From positions 1 to 47,116 of the forward strand of contig JBFGLM010000037.1 in NCBI GenBank assembly GCA_041576165.1: a stretch of DNA of 47,116 nt. Direction: 5' to 3'. The position numbers and the translations under genes were made by a program. Source of the DNA: Acidimicrobiia bacterium. GTDB taxonomy: Bacteria > Actinomycetota > Acidimicrobiia > Spongiisociales > Spongiisociaceae. Shown here piece by piece: positions 9,590 through 19,392 of the stretch; the stretch's first letter is position 1; each line of letters opens with the position of its first letter. The notes beneath the pieces were generated by a model. The model worked only from the letters and a program-made list of their open reading frames with translations, ran no database searches and was not told the origin of the DNA.

Positions 9590-10591
9590 TCACATTGCGT
9601 TGACCTGAGGGAGGATCTCCTCCTTCAGACACTTCATATCGTCGAGCGTCTTCGACACCGGCACGTCGACGATCGCCTGGAAGGGCGGCCAGAGGAGCGG
9701 CATCGTCAGCCCGGCCTCCTTGAGGCGCTTGAGGTTGTCGGTGATCTGTGCGGCGGTCCCGATCAGAATGTTGCTGGCTTTGCCCGCCGGCGTCTGATCG
9801 GACTCCTCGTCCGTGATGAGGAACCAGTACATGCTGCAGAGCTCGAGATCATCCATGGCGTCGGGGCGTCCCAGCTCCTCGAGCTCACGCTGGATCGGCT
9901 CTCTCCACTGGGTGAGCTCCTCCGGCGTGTCCTGGATCCCGATCCAGCCCGAGAGGCCGTACTTGGCAATGCGGTTCGCAGAACGCTTCGGGTCCTTGAG
10001 CCCGCTGAAGAAGATCGGCGGGTACGGCTTCTGGATGGGCTTCGCGCCGAATCCACACCGGTCGAAGTCGGCGAACTCGCCGTGATACTCGAACAGGTCG
10101 TTCGTCCAGATGCCCCGCATGATCTCGATCGTCTCACGGACGTGCTTGTGCCGTTTGGGGAAGATGTGCGCGGCGCTTGCCGCCGCGAATTCCTCGGGCA
10201 TCCAGCCCGAGCCCACCCCGACGTTGACCCGGCCGTTCGAGAGGTGATCGACGGTGGCGATCTCCGCCGCGAGGACGCCGGGGGAGCGGTAGGGCGTGTC
10301 GGTGATGCTCATGCCGATCCGCACCTTCGACGTTATGGCGGCGAGCCACGGGATCAGTGGCCAACCCTGGTACCACTCGCCGCGAGACGACACCGGCAAT
10401 GCCGGTGGGAACTCGGTCATCATGCCGAACGAGTACTGAAGTTCCTCGCGGTCGGAGGCTTCCGGGACGACGATGCGATCGAGCGTCCAGACCGAGTCGA
10501 AGTCGAGCTCTTCGGCGAGAGCGGTGAGGTCTTCGAGCTCCTTGACGGTCACCCTGTCCCGGAAGTTCGGCAGGTAAAGAGCGAGCTTCAT
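9590..10591 (-). CDS. LLM-class (luciferase-like, probably F420-dependent) oxidoreductase
   Basis: AEELDFDSVW, LAAITSKVRIG, ATVDHLSNGRVNVGVGSGW..EEF, EYHGEF, KPIQKPYPPI; GGGGAGGAG RBS upstream. Confidence 0.9.
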   Translation of the reverse strand: MKLALYLPNFRDRVTVKELEDLTALAEELDFDSVWTLDRIVVPEASDREELQYSFGMMTEFPPALPVSSRGEWYQGWPLIPWLAAITSKVRIGMSITDTPYRSPGVLAAEIATVDHLSNGRVNVGVGSGWMPEEFAAASAAHIFPKRHKHVRETIEIMRGIWTNDLFEYHGEFADFDRCGFGAKPIQKPYPPIFFSGLKDPKRSANRIAKYGLSGWIGIQDTPEELTQWREPIQRELEELGRPDAMDDLELCSMYWFLITDEESDQTPAGKASNILIGTAAQITDNLKRLKEAGLTMPLLWPPFQAIVDVPVSKTLDDMKCLKEEILPQVNAM

Positions 10592-10843
10592 GACGGACGG
10601 TCTCCTCCCCGTGTGGATTGAAGCGGCCAGCGGTGAGGACGAGCGGCACGATTCGGAATCCTCGACCTGCCAGCATGGGGCGACCCTAACAGCTCTCGGG
10701 ACAGCACTCCCGGCGGAAGTGGACATTCAAGCCTGCGACGTGGCGATCGACGCGCCCGGCATGGGTACCCTCGTTGACGGCGCCGGAATCGAGACGGCGT
10801 CACCCGCGGCGCGGAGGAGGCCCCCAGCGGGCCGGGTCGAGTT

Positions 10844-12397
10844 TCAGCTCGGCGCTTCTTGCTCAGCTTCGGCCCGGAGCCGGTCACGCAGCTCTCGCTT
10901 GAGAACTTTGCCGTAGTTGTTGGTCGGCAGGGCGTCGACGAATCGGTAGTCGCGGGGCCGCTTGAACCGGGCGATGTGGTCGAGGCACGTCCGGTCGAGG
11001 TCCTCGACCGTCGGCGAAGCCTCCCCGTCGGCAGCCACTATGAAAGCCACCACCGCCTCGCCCCACTCCGCGTCGGGCCGGCCGACGACAGCGGCGGCCC
11101 GGACGCCGGGATAGCGGAGGAGCGCCTCCTCGACCTCCCGGGGGTAGATGTTCATGCCCCCGCTGATGATCAGGTCCTTGGAGCGGTCGCGCAGCGTGAG
11201 GTACCCGTCGCCGTCAAAGCTGCCGACGTCGCCGGTGTGCAGCCAGCCGCCCCGGAGCGCCTCGGCGGTGGCATCGGGCTGGTTCCAATATCCGGCCATG
11301 ACCACGTCTCCCCGAATCACCACCTCGCCGATCTCCTTGGCGGGAAGGTCGCGGTCGGCATCGTCCACGACGCGGACCTCCACATCGGTGCGGGGGACGC
11401 CGACGCTTTGCATGCGTTCCCGCCACCGGGGATGGTTGCGGTCGGCGTGGTCCGCCTTGGACAGGGCGGTGATCGTCATCGGCGTCTCGCCCTGCCCGTA
11501 GATCTGGTCCAAGCGGGGGCCGAAGACGGCGAGAGCGTCCTCCAGGTCGGCCAGGTACATCGGTGCACCGCCGTAGATGATGGTCTTCAGGTGGGAGAGA
11601 TCGGCGCCGGCGACGGCCGGGTCGCCGGCCAGTCGCTTCACCATGGTGGGCGCGGCGAAGAACGACATTCCCGGCCAGCGCCCCAGGAGGGCGGCGATCT
11701 CGTCGCCATCGATCCCGCCGGACTGCGGCACGACGCTCACCGCACCCCGGGCTACGTGGGGCAGCCCGTAAAGCCCCGAACCGTGCGACAGTGGCGCGGC
11801 GTGGAGGACGGAGTCCTGCGGCATGACCGGGTCGATGTCGGCAAAGTAGCTGAGGGAGGCCATGAGCAGGTTGCGGTGTGTGAGCATGGCGCCCTTGGGC
11901 CGTCCGGTGGTGCCACTTGTGTAGAACAGCCAGGCCAGGTCTTCGGGCCGGCGGTCGACGAGCGGCGCCGGGGATGACGCCGTGAGCCGGTCCCATCGCC
12001 CACCTGGCGCCACGACCACTGCCTGCAACGAAGCGACGGTGCCGACCAGCGACTCGACGTCGGCGGCGTGGCCGGCGTCGGTCACAACGACGGCCGATCC
12101 GCTGTTGTCGAGGATGTAGGCGATCTCGTCGCGATGGAGGCGGGCGTTGACCGGCACGGCCGCGAGACCGGCGTGCCAGATGCCGAAGAGGGCTTCGAGG
12201 TACTCGGGCCGGTTGCGCATCAGGATGGCGACGCGGTCACCGGGCGAAAGACCGAAGTCATCGCGTAGGCCAGCGGCTGCACCGGCCGTCCGGGCCGCGA
12301 ACGCGCCCCAGCCGGCGTGAACGCGCTCGCCGTCGGCCAGCGCCGACTCGTCGGGTCGCAGGCGGCCGTGGCGCTCCACCCAGACGGCCAGGTTCAT
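10844..12397 (-). CDS. long-chain acyl-CoA synthetase / AMP-binding enzyme
   Basis: YTSGTTGRPKG AMP-binding motif, YGQGE, WLHTGD, DRSKDLIISGGMNIYPREVE, LPTNNYGKVLK. Confidence 0.95.
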   Translation of the reverse strand: MNLAVWVERHGRLRPDESALADGERVHAGWGAFAARTAGAAAGLRDDFGLSPGDRVAILMRNRPEYLEALFGIWHAGLAAVPVNARLHRDEIAYILDNSGSAVVVTDAGHAADVESLVGTVASLQAVVVAPGGRWDRLTASSPAPLVDRRPEDLAWLFYTSGTTGRPKGAMLTHRNLLMASLSYFADIDPVMPQDSVLHAAPLSHGSGLYGLPHVARGAVSVVPQSGGIDGDEIAALLGRWPGMSFFAAPTMVKRLAGDPAVAGADLSHLKTIIYGGAPMYLADLEDALAVFGPRLDQIYGQGETPMTITALSKADHADRNHPRWRERMQSVGVPRTDVEVRVVDDADRDLPAKEIGEVVIRGDVVMAGYWNQPDATAEALRGGWLHTGDVGSFDGDGYLTLRDRSKDLIISGGMNIYPREVEEALLRYPGVRAAAVVGRPDAEWGEAVVAFIVAADGEASPTVEDLDRTCLDHIARFKRPRDYRFVDALPTNNYGKVLKRELRDRLRAEAEQEAPS

Positions 12398-12477
12398 CGC
12401 ACCGTCCTGGGCTCGATGGTGAAGGTGACGTCCTGGAGATGTGGCTGTCTCAGCACGAGGCCAGCGTAGCGCCGCGG

Positions 12478-12621
12478 CCTTCGCCCTGATCACGGGCTGC
12501 AGCAGCGGTTTCGGCCTGGCGACGGCGCTCGACCTCGCCTCGGCGAGGCGACACCGTGTCCGCCCCGATGCGGAGCTGGCCAAGGCGAAGCCGCTCCGGG
12601 ACCGGGTGCTGGCCCTCGGGC
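12478..12621 (+). pseudogene. N-terminal remnant of a short-chain dehydrogenase (SDR)
   Basis: ALITGCSSGFGLATALDLA Rossmann motif; a shifted frame gives RRGDTVSAPMR, then LAKAKPLRD in the original frame. Truncated at the IS-like end near 12622. Confidence 0.7.
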
Positions 12622-12780
12622 TCAGGACCTGAGCGGATGGGCGTCATGCGCTGGGCCCGGCGGTGTCGCCACGAGAGTAGGTTGGCGATGAGGATGACGG
12701 TGGCGAGGCAGAGGGCGGCGTGCCGGTGCCGCGATCGGCGGTCCGTGTTCGGGCGGAGCTGCCCGTGCTCCGACTGCTCG
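12622..12780 (-). mobile_element. IS5-family transposase C-terminal remnant with probable right end
   Basis: Minus-strand HGQLRPNTDRRSRHRHAALCLATVILIANLLSWRHR resembles the C-terminal helix of actinobacterial IS5 transposases; followed by CCCATCCGCTCAGGTCCTGA, a plausible terminus. Recognised by eye. Confidence 0.5.
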
Positions 12781-12839
12781 GCGGCTCCCACGACCCGGGT
12801 CATCACACCGACCGTGTCGGCGGCGACCGGACTACTGCC

Positions 12840-13268
12840 ATGAGGCTGGGCGAGGACGAGGCGCGGGCCCGGCTGGCAGCGCACGACCACGGGATCCTGT
12901 GCACGGTGCACGCCGCGCGGGGCGTCGATGCCGTGCCCGTCGTGTACGCAGTGGAGGAAGACGGCTACGTGGGCGTGCCCGTCGATCGGGTGAAGCCGAA
13001 GGCGTCGCTGCGGCTGCAGCGGGAGCGGAACCTGGAAGCGGATCCGCGGGCCACGCTGCTGGTCGAGCATTGGGACCGTAGCGACTGGTCGCGGCTGTGG
13101 TGGGTGCGGGCCGAGCTCCGCTGGCAGGGCGACGACGCCGCCGACCGGGCGGCGGCCCTGGCCGCACGACTGGCCGAGCGCTACCCGCAGTACCGGGACC
13201 AGCCCTTCGCCCGGGTGCTGGTCCTGCGCATCGTCGGCGCGTCCGGCTGGGCCGCCGGCGCCAGCTGA
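12840..13268 (+). CDS. pyridoxamine 5'-phosphate oxidase-like (PPOX class, probably F420-dependent) protein
   Basis: LCTV...VPVVYA...PVDRVKPK...LQRERNLEADPRATLLVEHW..DWSRLWWVR...LAERYPQY, as in the Rv0121-type family. Confidence 0.85.
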   Translation: MRLGEDEARARLAAHDHGILCTVHAARGVDAVPVVYAVEEDGYVGVPVDRVKPKASLRLQRERNLEADPRATLLVEHWDRSDWSRLWWVRAELRWQGDDAADRAAALAARLAERYPQYRDQPFARVLVLRIVGASGWAAGAS

Positions 13269-13429
13269 GCGCCGGCCGCCAGCCAAGCAACGGCGCTCCG
13301 GTAGCGCGCGACATGCCGGTTCTGGCCGCGGCCGACACGGTCGCCGATCGGTTGTGATCAGGCGGGGGCAAGAGCGTCCAGGCGGCGTCGGGTAGCGTTG
13401 GGAGTGTCAAAGCCGAGAGAGGAGGTCAC

Positions 13430-13543
13430 GTGAGCGACGTGGTGTCCCGGGATCTACGGTTGTCGGTCAAGGGGGAGGAGCTCGAGAACTTCCGCGCCCT
13501 CATAGCGAACTTCATGAAGCCGTTCGGTGGTTTCGCCCGCTGA
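13430..13543 (+). pseudogene. 37-codon ORF, probably an internally deleted antibiotic-biosynthesis-monooxygenase (ABM)-family gene
   Basis: Strong GAGGAGG RBS + GTG; MSDVVSRDLRLSVKGEELENFRALI joined directly to NFMKPFGGFAR*, resembling the N- and C-termini of ABM proteins without the middle. Confidence 0.45.
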
Positions 13544-13919
13544 GTTGAGGCACCGTCGACGGCGCAGGCGGTGGCCGCGGCCCTGGTGGGCCCAGTTGTG
13601 CACTGGCGGCGAACGCTCACACGCAGCTGCGCCAGAATCGCACTTCTGCCAACCCGACTGCTGCCGAGGTCACCCGCTTCGGTGGACTTTCTCCGGCGCC
13701 CCGCCCAACCGTTCCATGTCCCCGAAAAGGCCGGACAGAAACGTGGCATCTGCTTAATGGGCAACATCAGTTCTTGGGGCCGTTCCATGCCGAGAGGTGT
13801 CTTCAGGCTCTAGTGAGCCTTGGCCCCGTGCTGGATACTCGAGAGGATGGCGACGGCCCCGGGCCGTTTGGCTCGCCTAAGAGCGGACCGATCGTGGAGG
13901 TTGCCCGCGAGGAGGAGCC

Positions 13920-14348
13920 ATGTCCACCGAAGACAACAAGAAGTCCGTACACCGTATCGCTCAGGACGGATGGTCGAAGCACAACTTGAGCGCATTCGAC
14001 GAATTCTTCTCCGAGGAGGCCATCTGGCATGGCCTGCCACCGGAGTGGGGAGAAGGAATCGAACAGATCAAAAACGCTGCGTCCTTCTGGTTCGAGGCCG
14101 TCCCCGACTTCGCTTTCACAGTCGAAGATCTGACTGCCGAGGAGGACCGGGTGGCCTTCCGCTGGACGGCGGAAGGCACTCACAAGGGCGAGTTGTATGG
14201 CGTCGCGCCCACGAACAAGCACATCACTTTCAGTGGCATCGCGCTCAAACGCTTCAAGGACGGCAAGTGCGTGGACTACCGCGAGTTCTGGGACCAAACG
14301 GGCCTCATGGAGCAGCTGGGTGCGACCCGAACTCAGTTGGCGAGTTGA
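13920..14348 (+). CDS. SnoaL-like ester cyclase
   Basis: MSTEDNK, AVPDFAFTVEDLTAEEDRVAFRWTAEGTHKGEL.GVAPTNK...DGK.V...WDQTGLMEQLG; GAGGAGGAG RBS. Confidence 0.92.
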   Translation: MSTEDNKKSVHRIAQDGWSKHNLSAFDEFFSEEAIWHGLPPEWGEGIEQIKNAASFWFEAVPDFAFTVEDLTAEEDRVAFRWTAEGTHKGELYGVAPTNKHITFSGIALKRFKDGKCVDYREFWDQTGLMEQLGATRTQLAS

Positions 14349-14762
14349 CACTTTCCGGACCTGGGCAGTTCTCGCCGTCAAGCGTCGGTTGCACCCACCG
14401 GCGTCGACGTCTGGTTGCGGCGGGCTAGCACGGCACGACAACACGGCCGGCTGGGGGGTAGGGACCGTCATTTGCCTGTGCATTGACATGGAATCTCTGC
14501 GCGGCCTTCCTCGCTGTCCTAGCCGCGCTCGCCGCAGTGGGCGCCCGCCTTTGACGAGCAGCGCGGCTCCTGCGGCGATCTCATCGCTCGTTCGGCTGTA
14601 TCGGTTGATTCTGAGTGTGCGGGGGCCGGATTGAGGAGCACCAATGGGGCACACATGGCGGCCTGTCCCCCGTTCGAACCATCTCACTCCATTCTCGTTG
14701 TGCATCCGGGGCCTCCATTCCCCAGCGACTCGCGCGCCCGTCGGACAGTGGTCGACGCTCAC

Positions 14763-17681
14763 TCACGGGGCGCTCGACGGATCGGTGTCGCCGGCGAGCA
14801 GACCTTCGACTTGGTGGGCCAGGGAGACTGCGTCGTCGAGGCTCATGGCGCGACCGAGGGCCCACGCCTGTTCCAATACCCCCGGACTGAGCAGCTGTCG
14901 TGCGACGGATCTGGCATCCGCCACACCGAGTGATTCTGGGAGCATGCCACCGCCCGCGCTCTGACGTAGCGAGTCCACGGCACCCCCGAGCCGGGCCGCG
15001 GCTTCTGGAGCTGCGAGGGCCGAGAAGGCCGCAACGAGGTCGAGCGCCCACACGGTGATGTGGTCGTTGCGCAGCTGGGTTGTCTCCTCAACGGTGTCGA
15101 GCATGATCTTCAGGGCTTTGTCTCGGTCCCCCAAGTGAAAGGTGAGTGCCCCTACTCCAACCAGCACGGTGGCGGCCAACGCCGGGTTCCCGGATTCGCG
15201 GGCGATGACGAGAGCTTCCTCGTAGAGCTCCAGTGCGGCAGAGAAACGGTTGCTCTTGAATACGGAGAAGCCCTTAGCCAAGAGGGCCTTTCCTATCCCT
15301 TCCTTGAATCCCAGCTCTTCGAACAGCAGTCGGGCCTGCTCGGCAAGTCGTTCTCCGGTGTCTGGATCTCGGTTCCAGCTGGCAGTCATGCTCAGGGAGT
15401 ACAGGGTGTCGGCTTCGCCAAATCGGTCCCCGATGGCTCGGTACAGCTCGAGAGCCTCTTCATAGGTTGCCCATGCCTCGTCGTATTCGGCCTGCCAATA
15501 GGCAAGCCCCGCGAACGCGGTCAGGCCCGCGGCCCGGGCTGCGGGCGACGCTTCAGGAAGCGCAAGCAGCCCCTCCAGCCACTCCTTTCCCTCGGTCAGC
15601 TGGTCGGAGCTCTGCCAGAAGCGCCAGAGGCAGCTGGCCAGGCTCAGCCCGATGTCTGGGTCATCGGCATCCAGGGCATAGCGAAGGGCTCCACGAAAAT
15701 TGTCTACCTCGGAAGCCAGCCGTTGCGATCCGATTCCTCCAGGCTCATGGGTGAGCTGTGGTTCGATGCTCTCTGCCAGTCGGCAGAAATAGCCAGCATG
15801 TCGGGCTGCGGCCTCTTGCTTCTCTCCGGCGGAGGCCAGCTGTTCTAGAGCGAACTCCCGAATCATCTCGAGCATGGCGAACCGCGCCTGTCCGACGCCG
15901 ACAGCGCGGTAAAGGAGGCTCCAGGTGAGAAGTGCATCAACCCCGTTGATGATTTCCACGTCCGGGAGGTCGGCAACGGCGGCCGCAGCCCCCGGCGTGA
16001 ACCCTCCTCCGAATACGCCGAGACGGCGGAATAGCGCCTGTTCTTCCCGTTCGAGGAGGTCGTAGCTGAAGGCGATAGCGTCGCGCATGGCGCGGTGACG
16101 GTCGCTGGTGTCGGCTGGTGCTGCGGTGAGCAGGTTCAGTCGCCGCTCCAACCGGCTGAGCAGGTCCTGAGGTGTCAACAGCTTGACCCGGGCCGCAGCG
16201 AGTTCGATCGCGAGGGGTAGCCCGTCAACGCGAGCGGTGATCCGAGCAACGGGTGAAGCGTTTTCCATGCTCAATTGAAAATCCGGATCCGCAGCTCGGG
16301 CGCGCGCCACGAAGAGAGCTACCGCGTCATAGGCGGCCAGTGCTTCGAGATCGGGAGACCGGTCGGGAGGAGGGATGTTGAGAGGTGGCACGGGGAACTC
16401 TTGTTCGCCGGAGATCCGGAGAGGAGCTCGGCTGGTGACCATGATGGTGAGGTCGGGTGCACCATTGAGGATCTCGCCTACCTGCGGTGCGGCCGCCAGG
16501 ATCTGCTCGAAATTGTCGAGGATGAGCAGCGCGTTGCGGTCACGAAAGAACGCCCTGATCCCATCCAAGGCGGTTTCCTCGCGCACTTCACGCAGGCCGA
16601 GCACGCGGGCGATGGTGTGTTCCATCAAACGAGAGTTGGTGATCGCCGCCAGCGAAACGAAGAATGTGCCGTGGGGGAAGCGGTTCATGTGATCTGCGGC
16701 CAGCTGGAGAGCCAAACGGGTCTTACCCGACCCGGGGGGTCCAGTGAGCGTGAGGAGCCGGGACCTCTCGAGCAGTTCCGCTCCCTGCGCCAGTTCCCTT
16801 TCGCGTCCTACGAAGCTCGTACGTTGCGGCGGCAACTCGCTGGATGGCCTGTGGGAGACGGCTCCGTGCGACAACCCCGCAGGCGACCATTCACTGGTAG
16901 TGGTGGGAGCGGGCAGGGGCGGACCACGCGTGTGGTTGGCGGTGGGCCTGAGGGTGGGGTCTTGTTGGAGGATCTGCAGCTCCAACTCTTGGAGCTCGGG
17001 GGAAGGGTCGAGACCGAACTCTTCAGCCAGGTGCTCGCGGAACTCTCGGTAGACGGCAAGGGCGTCGGTTTGGCGACCGGCCGCGTAGAGGGCCCGCATC
17101 AACAACCCCCGCAGGCGCTCATGGCCGGGGTGCTCTCGAACCTCGGCTTGTACCTCGGGGATAGCTTCCGAATGCAGACCGGTGACGATCTTGGCCTCCA
17201 AAGCAATCTCTACTGCTTCCAACCGCCGATCCGACAACCGCGATATCGTCGGGGCCAAAACAAGATGGCCGTCCAGACCACCAAAGGGTTCCGCCTGCCA
17301 CAACTCCAGCGCCTCCTCAACCACCTCCAGCGCTGCGATGGGGTCGCCCTCGATGAGGCGCCTCGCTAGAGCGACCTGTCTGTCAAAGACGCATGCATCC
17401 ACCCAGTCACGGTCTATCTGTGCCACATAACCGCTACCGTGGCGGGCCAGGGTACCGCCCAGCACGCGTCGGAGGTTCGACACGTATGTCGACAGCGACC
17501 GATTCGCCCGATCCGGCGGGTCGTCACCCCACAGCGCCTCGGTCAGCGTGCCAATACTCACCGGCACACCAGGGTCGGAGTACAGCAACGCCAGCACCGT
17601 CTGCTGTTTGGGACCCCCAACTTCCAGCTCGGTGCCATCGTCCCCGAATACCCGGACACGGCCCAACAGCTGGACCCACAT
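14763..17681 (-). CDS. AfsR/SARP-type regulator: OmpR wHTH + BTAD + NB-ARC ATPase + TPR
   Basis: LLG...GGPKQQTVLALL...YVSNLRR; LMRALYAAGRQTDAL..Y...GLDPSPEL; Walker A GPPGSGKT, Walker B LLILDNFEQ, GLPLAIELAA; C-terminal TPR-like helices. Confidence 0.93.
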   Translation of the reverse strand: MWVQLLGRVRVFGDDGTELEVGGPKQQTVLALLYSDPGVPVSIGTLTEALWGDDPPDRANRSLSTYVSNLRRVLGGTLARHGSGYVAQIDRDWVDACVFDRQVALARRLIEGDPIAALEVVEEALELWQAEPFGGLDGHLVLAPTISRLSDRRLEAVEIALEAKIVTGLHSEAIPEVQAEVREHPGHERLRGLLMRALYAAGRQTDALAVYREFREHLAEEFGLDPSPELQELELQILQQDPTLRPTANHTRGPPLPAPTTTSEWSPAGLSHGAVSHRPSSELPPQRTSFVGRERELAQGAELLERSRLLTLTGPPGSGKTRLALQLAADHMNRFPHGTFFVSLAAITNSRLMEHTIARVLGLREVREETALDGIRAFFRDRNALLILDNFEQILAAAPQVGEILNGAPDLTIMVTSRAPLRISGEQEFPVPPLNIPPPDRSPDLEALAAYDAVALFVARARAADPDFQLSMENASPVARITARVDGLPLAIELAAARVKLLTPQDLLSRLERRLNLLTAAPADTSDRHRAMRDAIAFSYDLLEREEQALFRRLGVFGGGFTPGAAAAVADLPDVEIINGVDALLTWSLLYRAVGVGQARFAMLEMIREFALEQLASAGEKQEAAARHAGYFCRLAESIEPQLTHEPGGIGSQRLASEVDNFRGALRYALDADDPDIGLSLASCLWRFWQSSDQLTEGKEWLEGLLALPEASPAARAAGLTAFAGLAYWQAEYDEAWATYEEALELYRAIGDRFGEADTLYSLSMTASWNRDPDTGERLAEQARLLFEELGFKEGIGKALLAKGFSVFKSNRFSAALELYEEALVIARESGNPALAATVLVGVGALTFHLGDRDKALKIMLDTVEETTQLRNDHITVWALDLVAAFSALAAPEAAARLGGAVDSLRQSAGGGMLPESLGVADARSVARQLLSPGVLEQAWALGRAMSLDDAVSLAHQVEGLLAGDTDPSSAP

Positions 17682-17693
17682 ATAGTCAGACTA
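17682..17693 (-). promoter_or_regulatory. -10 box of a leaderless transcript
   Basis: TAGTCT 6 nt upstream of the ATG at 17681; no SD sequence. Confidence 0.55.
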
Positions 17694-18417
17694 CCGGAGG
17701 CGGTCCGGCTGCAGACACCCCTTGACCGCCCCCAGATATCGCGCCGGTTCCAGCCCTTGAAAGCGATCGGGAGCGCTGCCGAGTGTTGGCAGCCGACACC
17801 TGCTCCTTCTCGGCTAGATCTTTGACGGTTGTGAGCGCTGCTCGCATGACGTAGCTGACAAACCTGCGTACCAGCCACCAGTAGCGGAGGAACTTGCGGC
17901 GGGCGTGTTCGTCGGTGCCTTGGGTCCTCGCCTCGTAGCTCAGCAGCGTGCGGTGGGCGCCGTAGTGACGAGCCGAGAATCCGGCAGCGATCTTGGCGAA
18001 GTCCGGTTCGGCGAAGTCCTTGAACCCATCAGCGGGCACCGCCATCCAGTCAATGTCCGGCTGCCAGACCTTCCCGACGGCGCCGAAGACCAACTCGCGT
18101 CCCGGCACCTCCCCGAGTGCCAGCCATCCCTCCAGAACGTCCGGATCGGCATGGCCGTCGAACATGTCGGTGAGGCGCATCGCCGGGGGCGCCGGTGGTG
18201 GTGGTTCGTTGCGGATTCTGCGACCGAGCTTGTCAGGCACGCCACGAATGAACATGGCGGCGTCCACGATGGGAGAGTGCACCTGGAGGAAGTCCATGTC
18301 GCGCGCTGCCCGGTACACCACGTCGGGTGGAGCATCGATGACCAGGTGTTCGACGATGGTGGCGTCGAACTCGGGCATGATCTCGTCGATCAGCATCTCA
18401 TCAGGACCGATTGCCAT
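17686..18417 (-). CDS. conserved actinobacterial hypothetical protein (SRPBCC/DUF2867-like)
   Basis: GAGGAGG RBS; LIDEIMPEFD..H.VIDAPPDVVY, LGEVPGRELVFGAVGKVW, TLLSYEART..TD..ARRKF.RYW. The last ~35 aa look like read-through into the next promoter. Confidence 0.75.
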   Translation of the reverse strand: MAIGPDEMLIDEIMPEFDATIVEHLVIDAPPDVVYRAARDMDFLQVHSPIVDAAMFIRGVPDKLGRRIRNEPPPPAPPAMRLTDMFDGHADPDVLEGWLALGEVPGRELVFGAVGKVWQPDIDWMAVPADGFKDFAEPDFAKIAAGFSARHYGAHRTLLSYEARTQGTDEHARRKFLRYWWLVRRFVSYVMRAALTTVKDLAEKEQVSAANTRQRSRSLSRAGTGAISGGGQGVSAAGPPPVV

Positions 18418-18623
18418 GACAACCTCCTCAGTAGGCCGTTCGCGCCAGGCGAGCTCGCGTCGTAGCCCGCCATCACCGGTGTACCGCGCGGTGGGTCCGG
18501 CAACCAGAGGCGAGAGGCACTGCGTAATGGCGGCCCGGGACATGGGAGTATCCACCTTCCGCTCAGCAAGTCCATGCAAACCTTTTGCGTCGTTTCGGGT
18601 CGCTTCCGGCCCTCGCGGTGGCG

Positions 18624-18724
18624 GGTTGTTCGGGAACTCGTCGCTCGATCAACACGAGCGGGATGAGCAGGCGCCAGATGCGCCCGTTGCCGCCGACGAA
18701 CGGGTGGACGGTCTCGGGGAACTG
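18624..18724 (-). pseudogene. Fic-domain gene remnant
   Basis: Minus strand reads QFPETVHPFVGGNGRIWRLLIPLVLIERR, a degenerate form of the Fic motif QFETIHPFxDGNGRxGRLLI; no start codon or rest of the gene. Confidence 0.7.
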
Positions 18725-18727
18725 TCG

Positions 18728-19392
18728 TTATGCCGCGCTGACGATGTATTGGGCGCTGTTCCCGCCGTTGAGCCGGAACGTGACAACGTAATCGCCGGCG
18801 ACATCCGGATCCTTGGTGAGCGTCGTTATCAGAATCCCAACCGGCAGTGATGTCACCGCAGACGTGCCGAGGAACGAGGGTCCATCAGTCGACAGCACGT
18901 GCTCGTTGGCTCCATCAGGTGCCGCGATCGAGACGTGACCGACCGTACGACCGCCGTGAACGAGCGTCCGTGCCCCGCGTTGGTCATTTCCACTTCGACA
19001 CCGAGCATTGGATTGACTTCTCCGTGCCACCGAACTCCCCTTGTCCCAGAGATACAGCCCGACCTCGAGCGAGTCGTCTCCCGCCACAACCGTCTGGTAC
19101 AGCGGATTGTGGAAGGGCGGTGGCGGCCCGCCGCCACTGAACACGCTCACGACGTCGACGCTGCGTCGCGCCTTGGGGATGATGCGAAGCTGCCCGGTGC
19201 CCGCCAATATCTCCGGAGATGTCGGGTCAGGTTGGATGGCGAAATCGACGTTTTACAACCCCGGGCGCAGGGTGAACACGGTCGTCTCGGCCGGGTACCA
19301 CCTCCATCGGGGCCGTTGCGATTGAAAGCTGTCACAAGTGGGGCGCACGAGGAAGGCTCGTCGGCTCCCATCGAATAACTAGCGGCAGCCAT
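18728..19392 (-). pseudogene. probable frameshifted hypothetical gene
   Basis: Protein-like segments are split across frames (19147-19392 and 18728-19207, ending VAGDYVVTFRLNGGNSAQYIVSAA); no family recognised. Confidence 0.3.

Noticed and set aside
14655-14681. GTTCGAACC motif as a fourth repeat copy
   Set aside because: Only TTCGAAC is shared; the flanking sequence does not match.
9590-17681. Biosynthetic gene cluster (acyl-CoA ligase, LLM, cyclase, SARP)
   Set aside because: No PKS, NRPS or ACP; mixed orientations, interrupted by unrelated gene remnants.
17705-17740. Phased GAC/GAT repeats upstream of the first SARP gene
   Set aside because: Spacing is 10 and 11 bp, the match is weak, and no divergent target gene is present.
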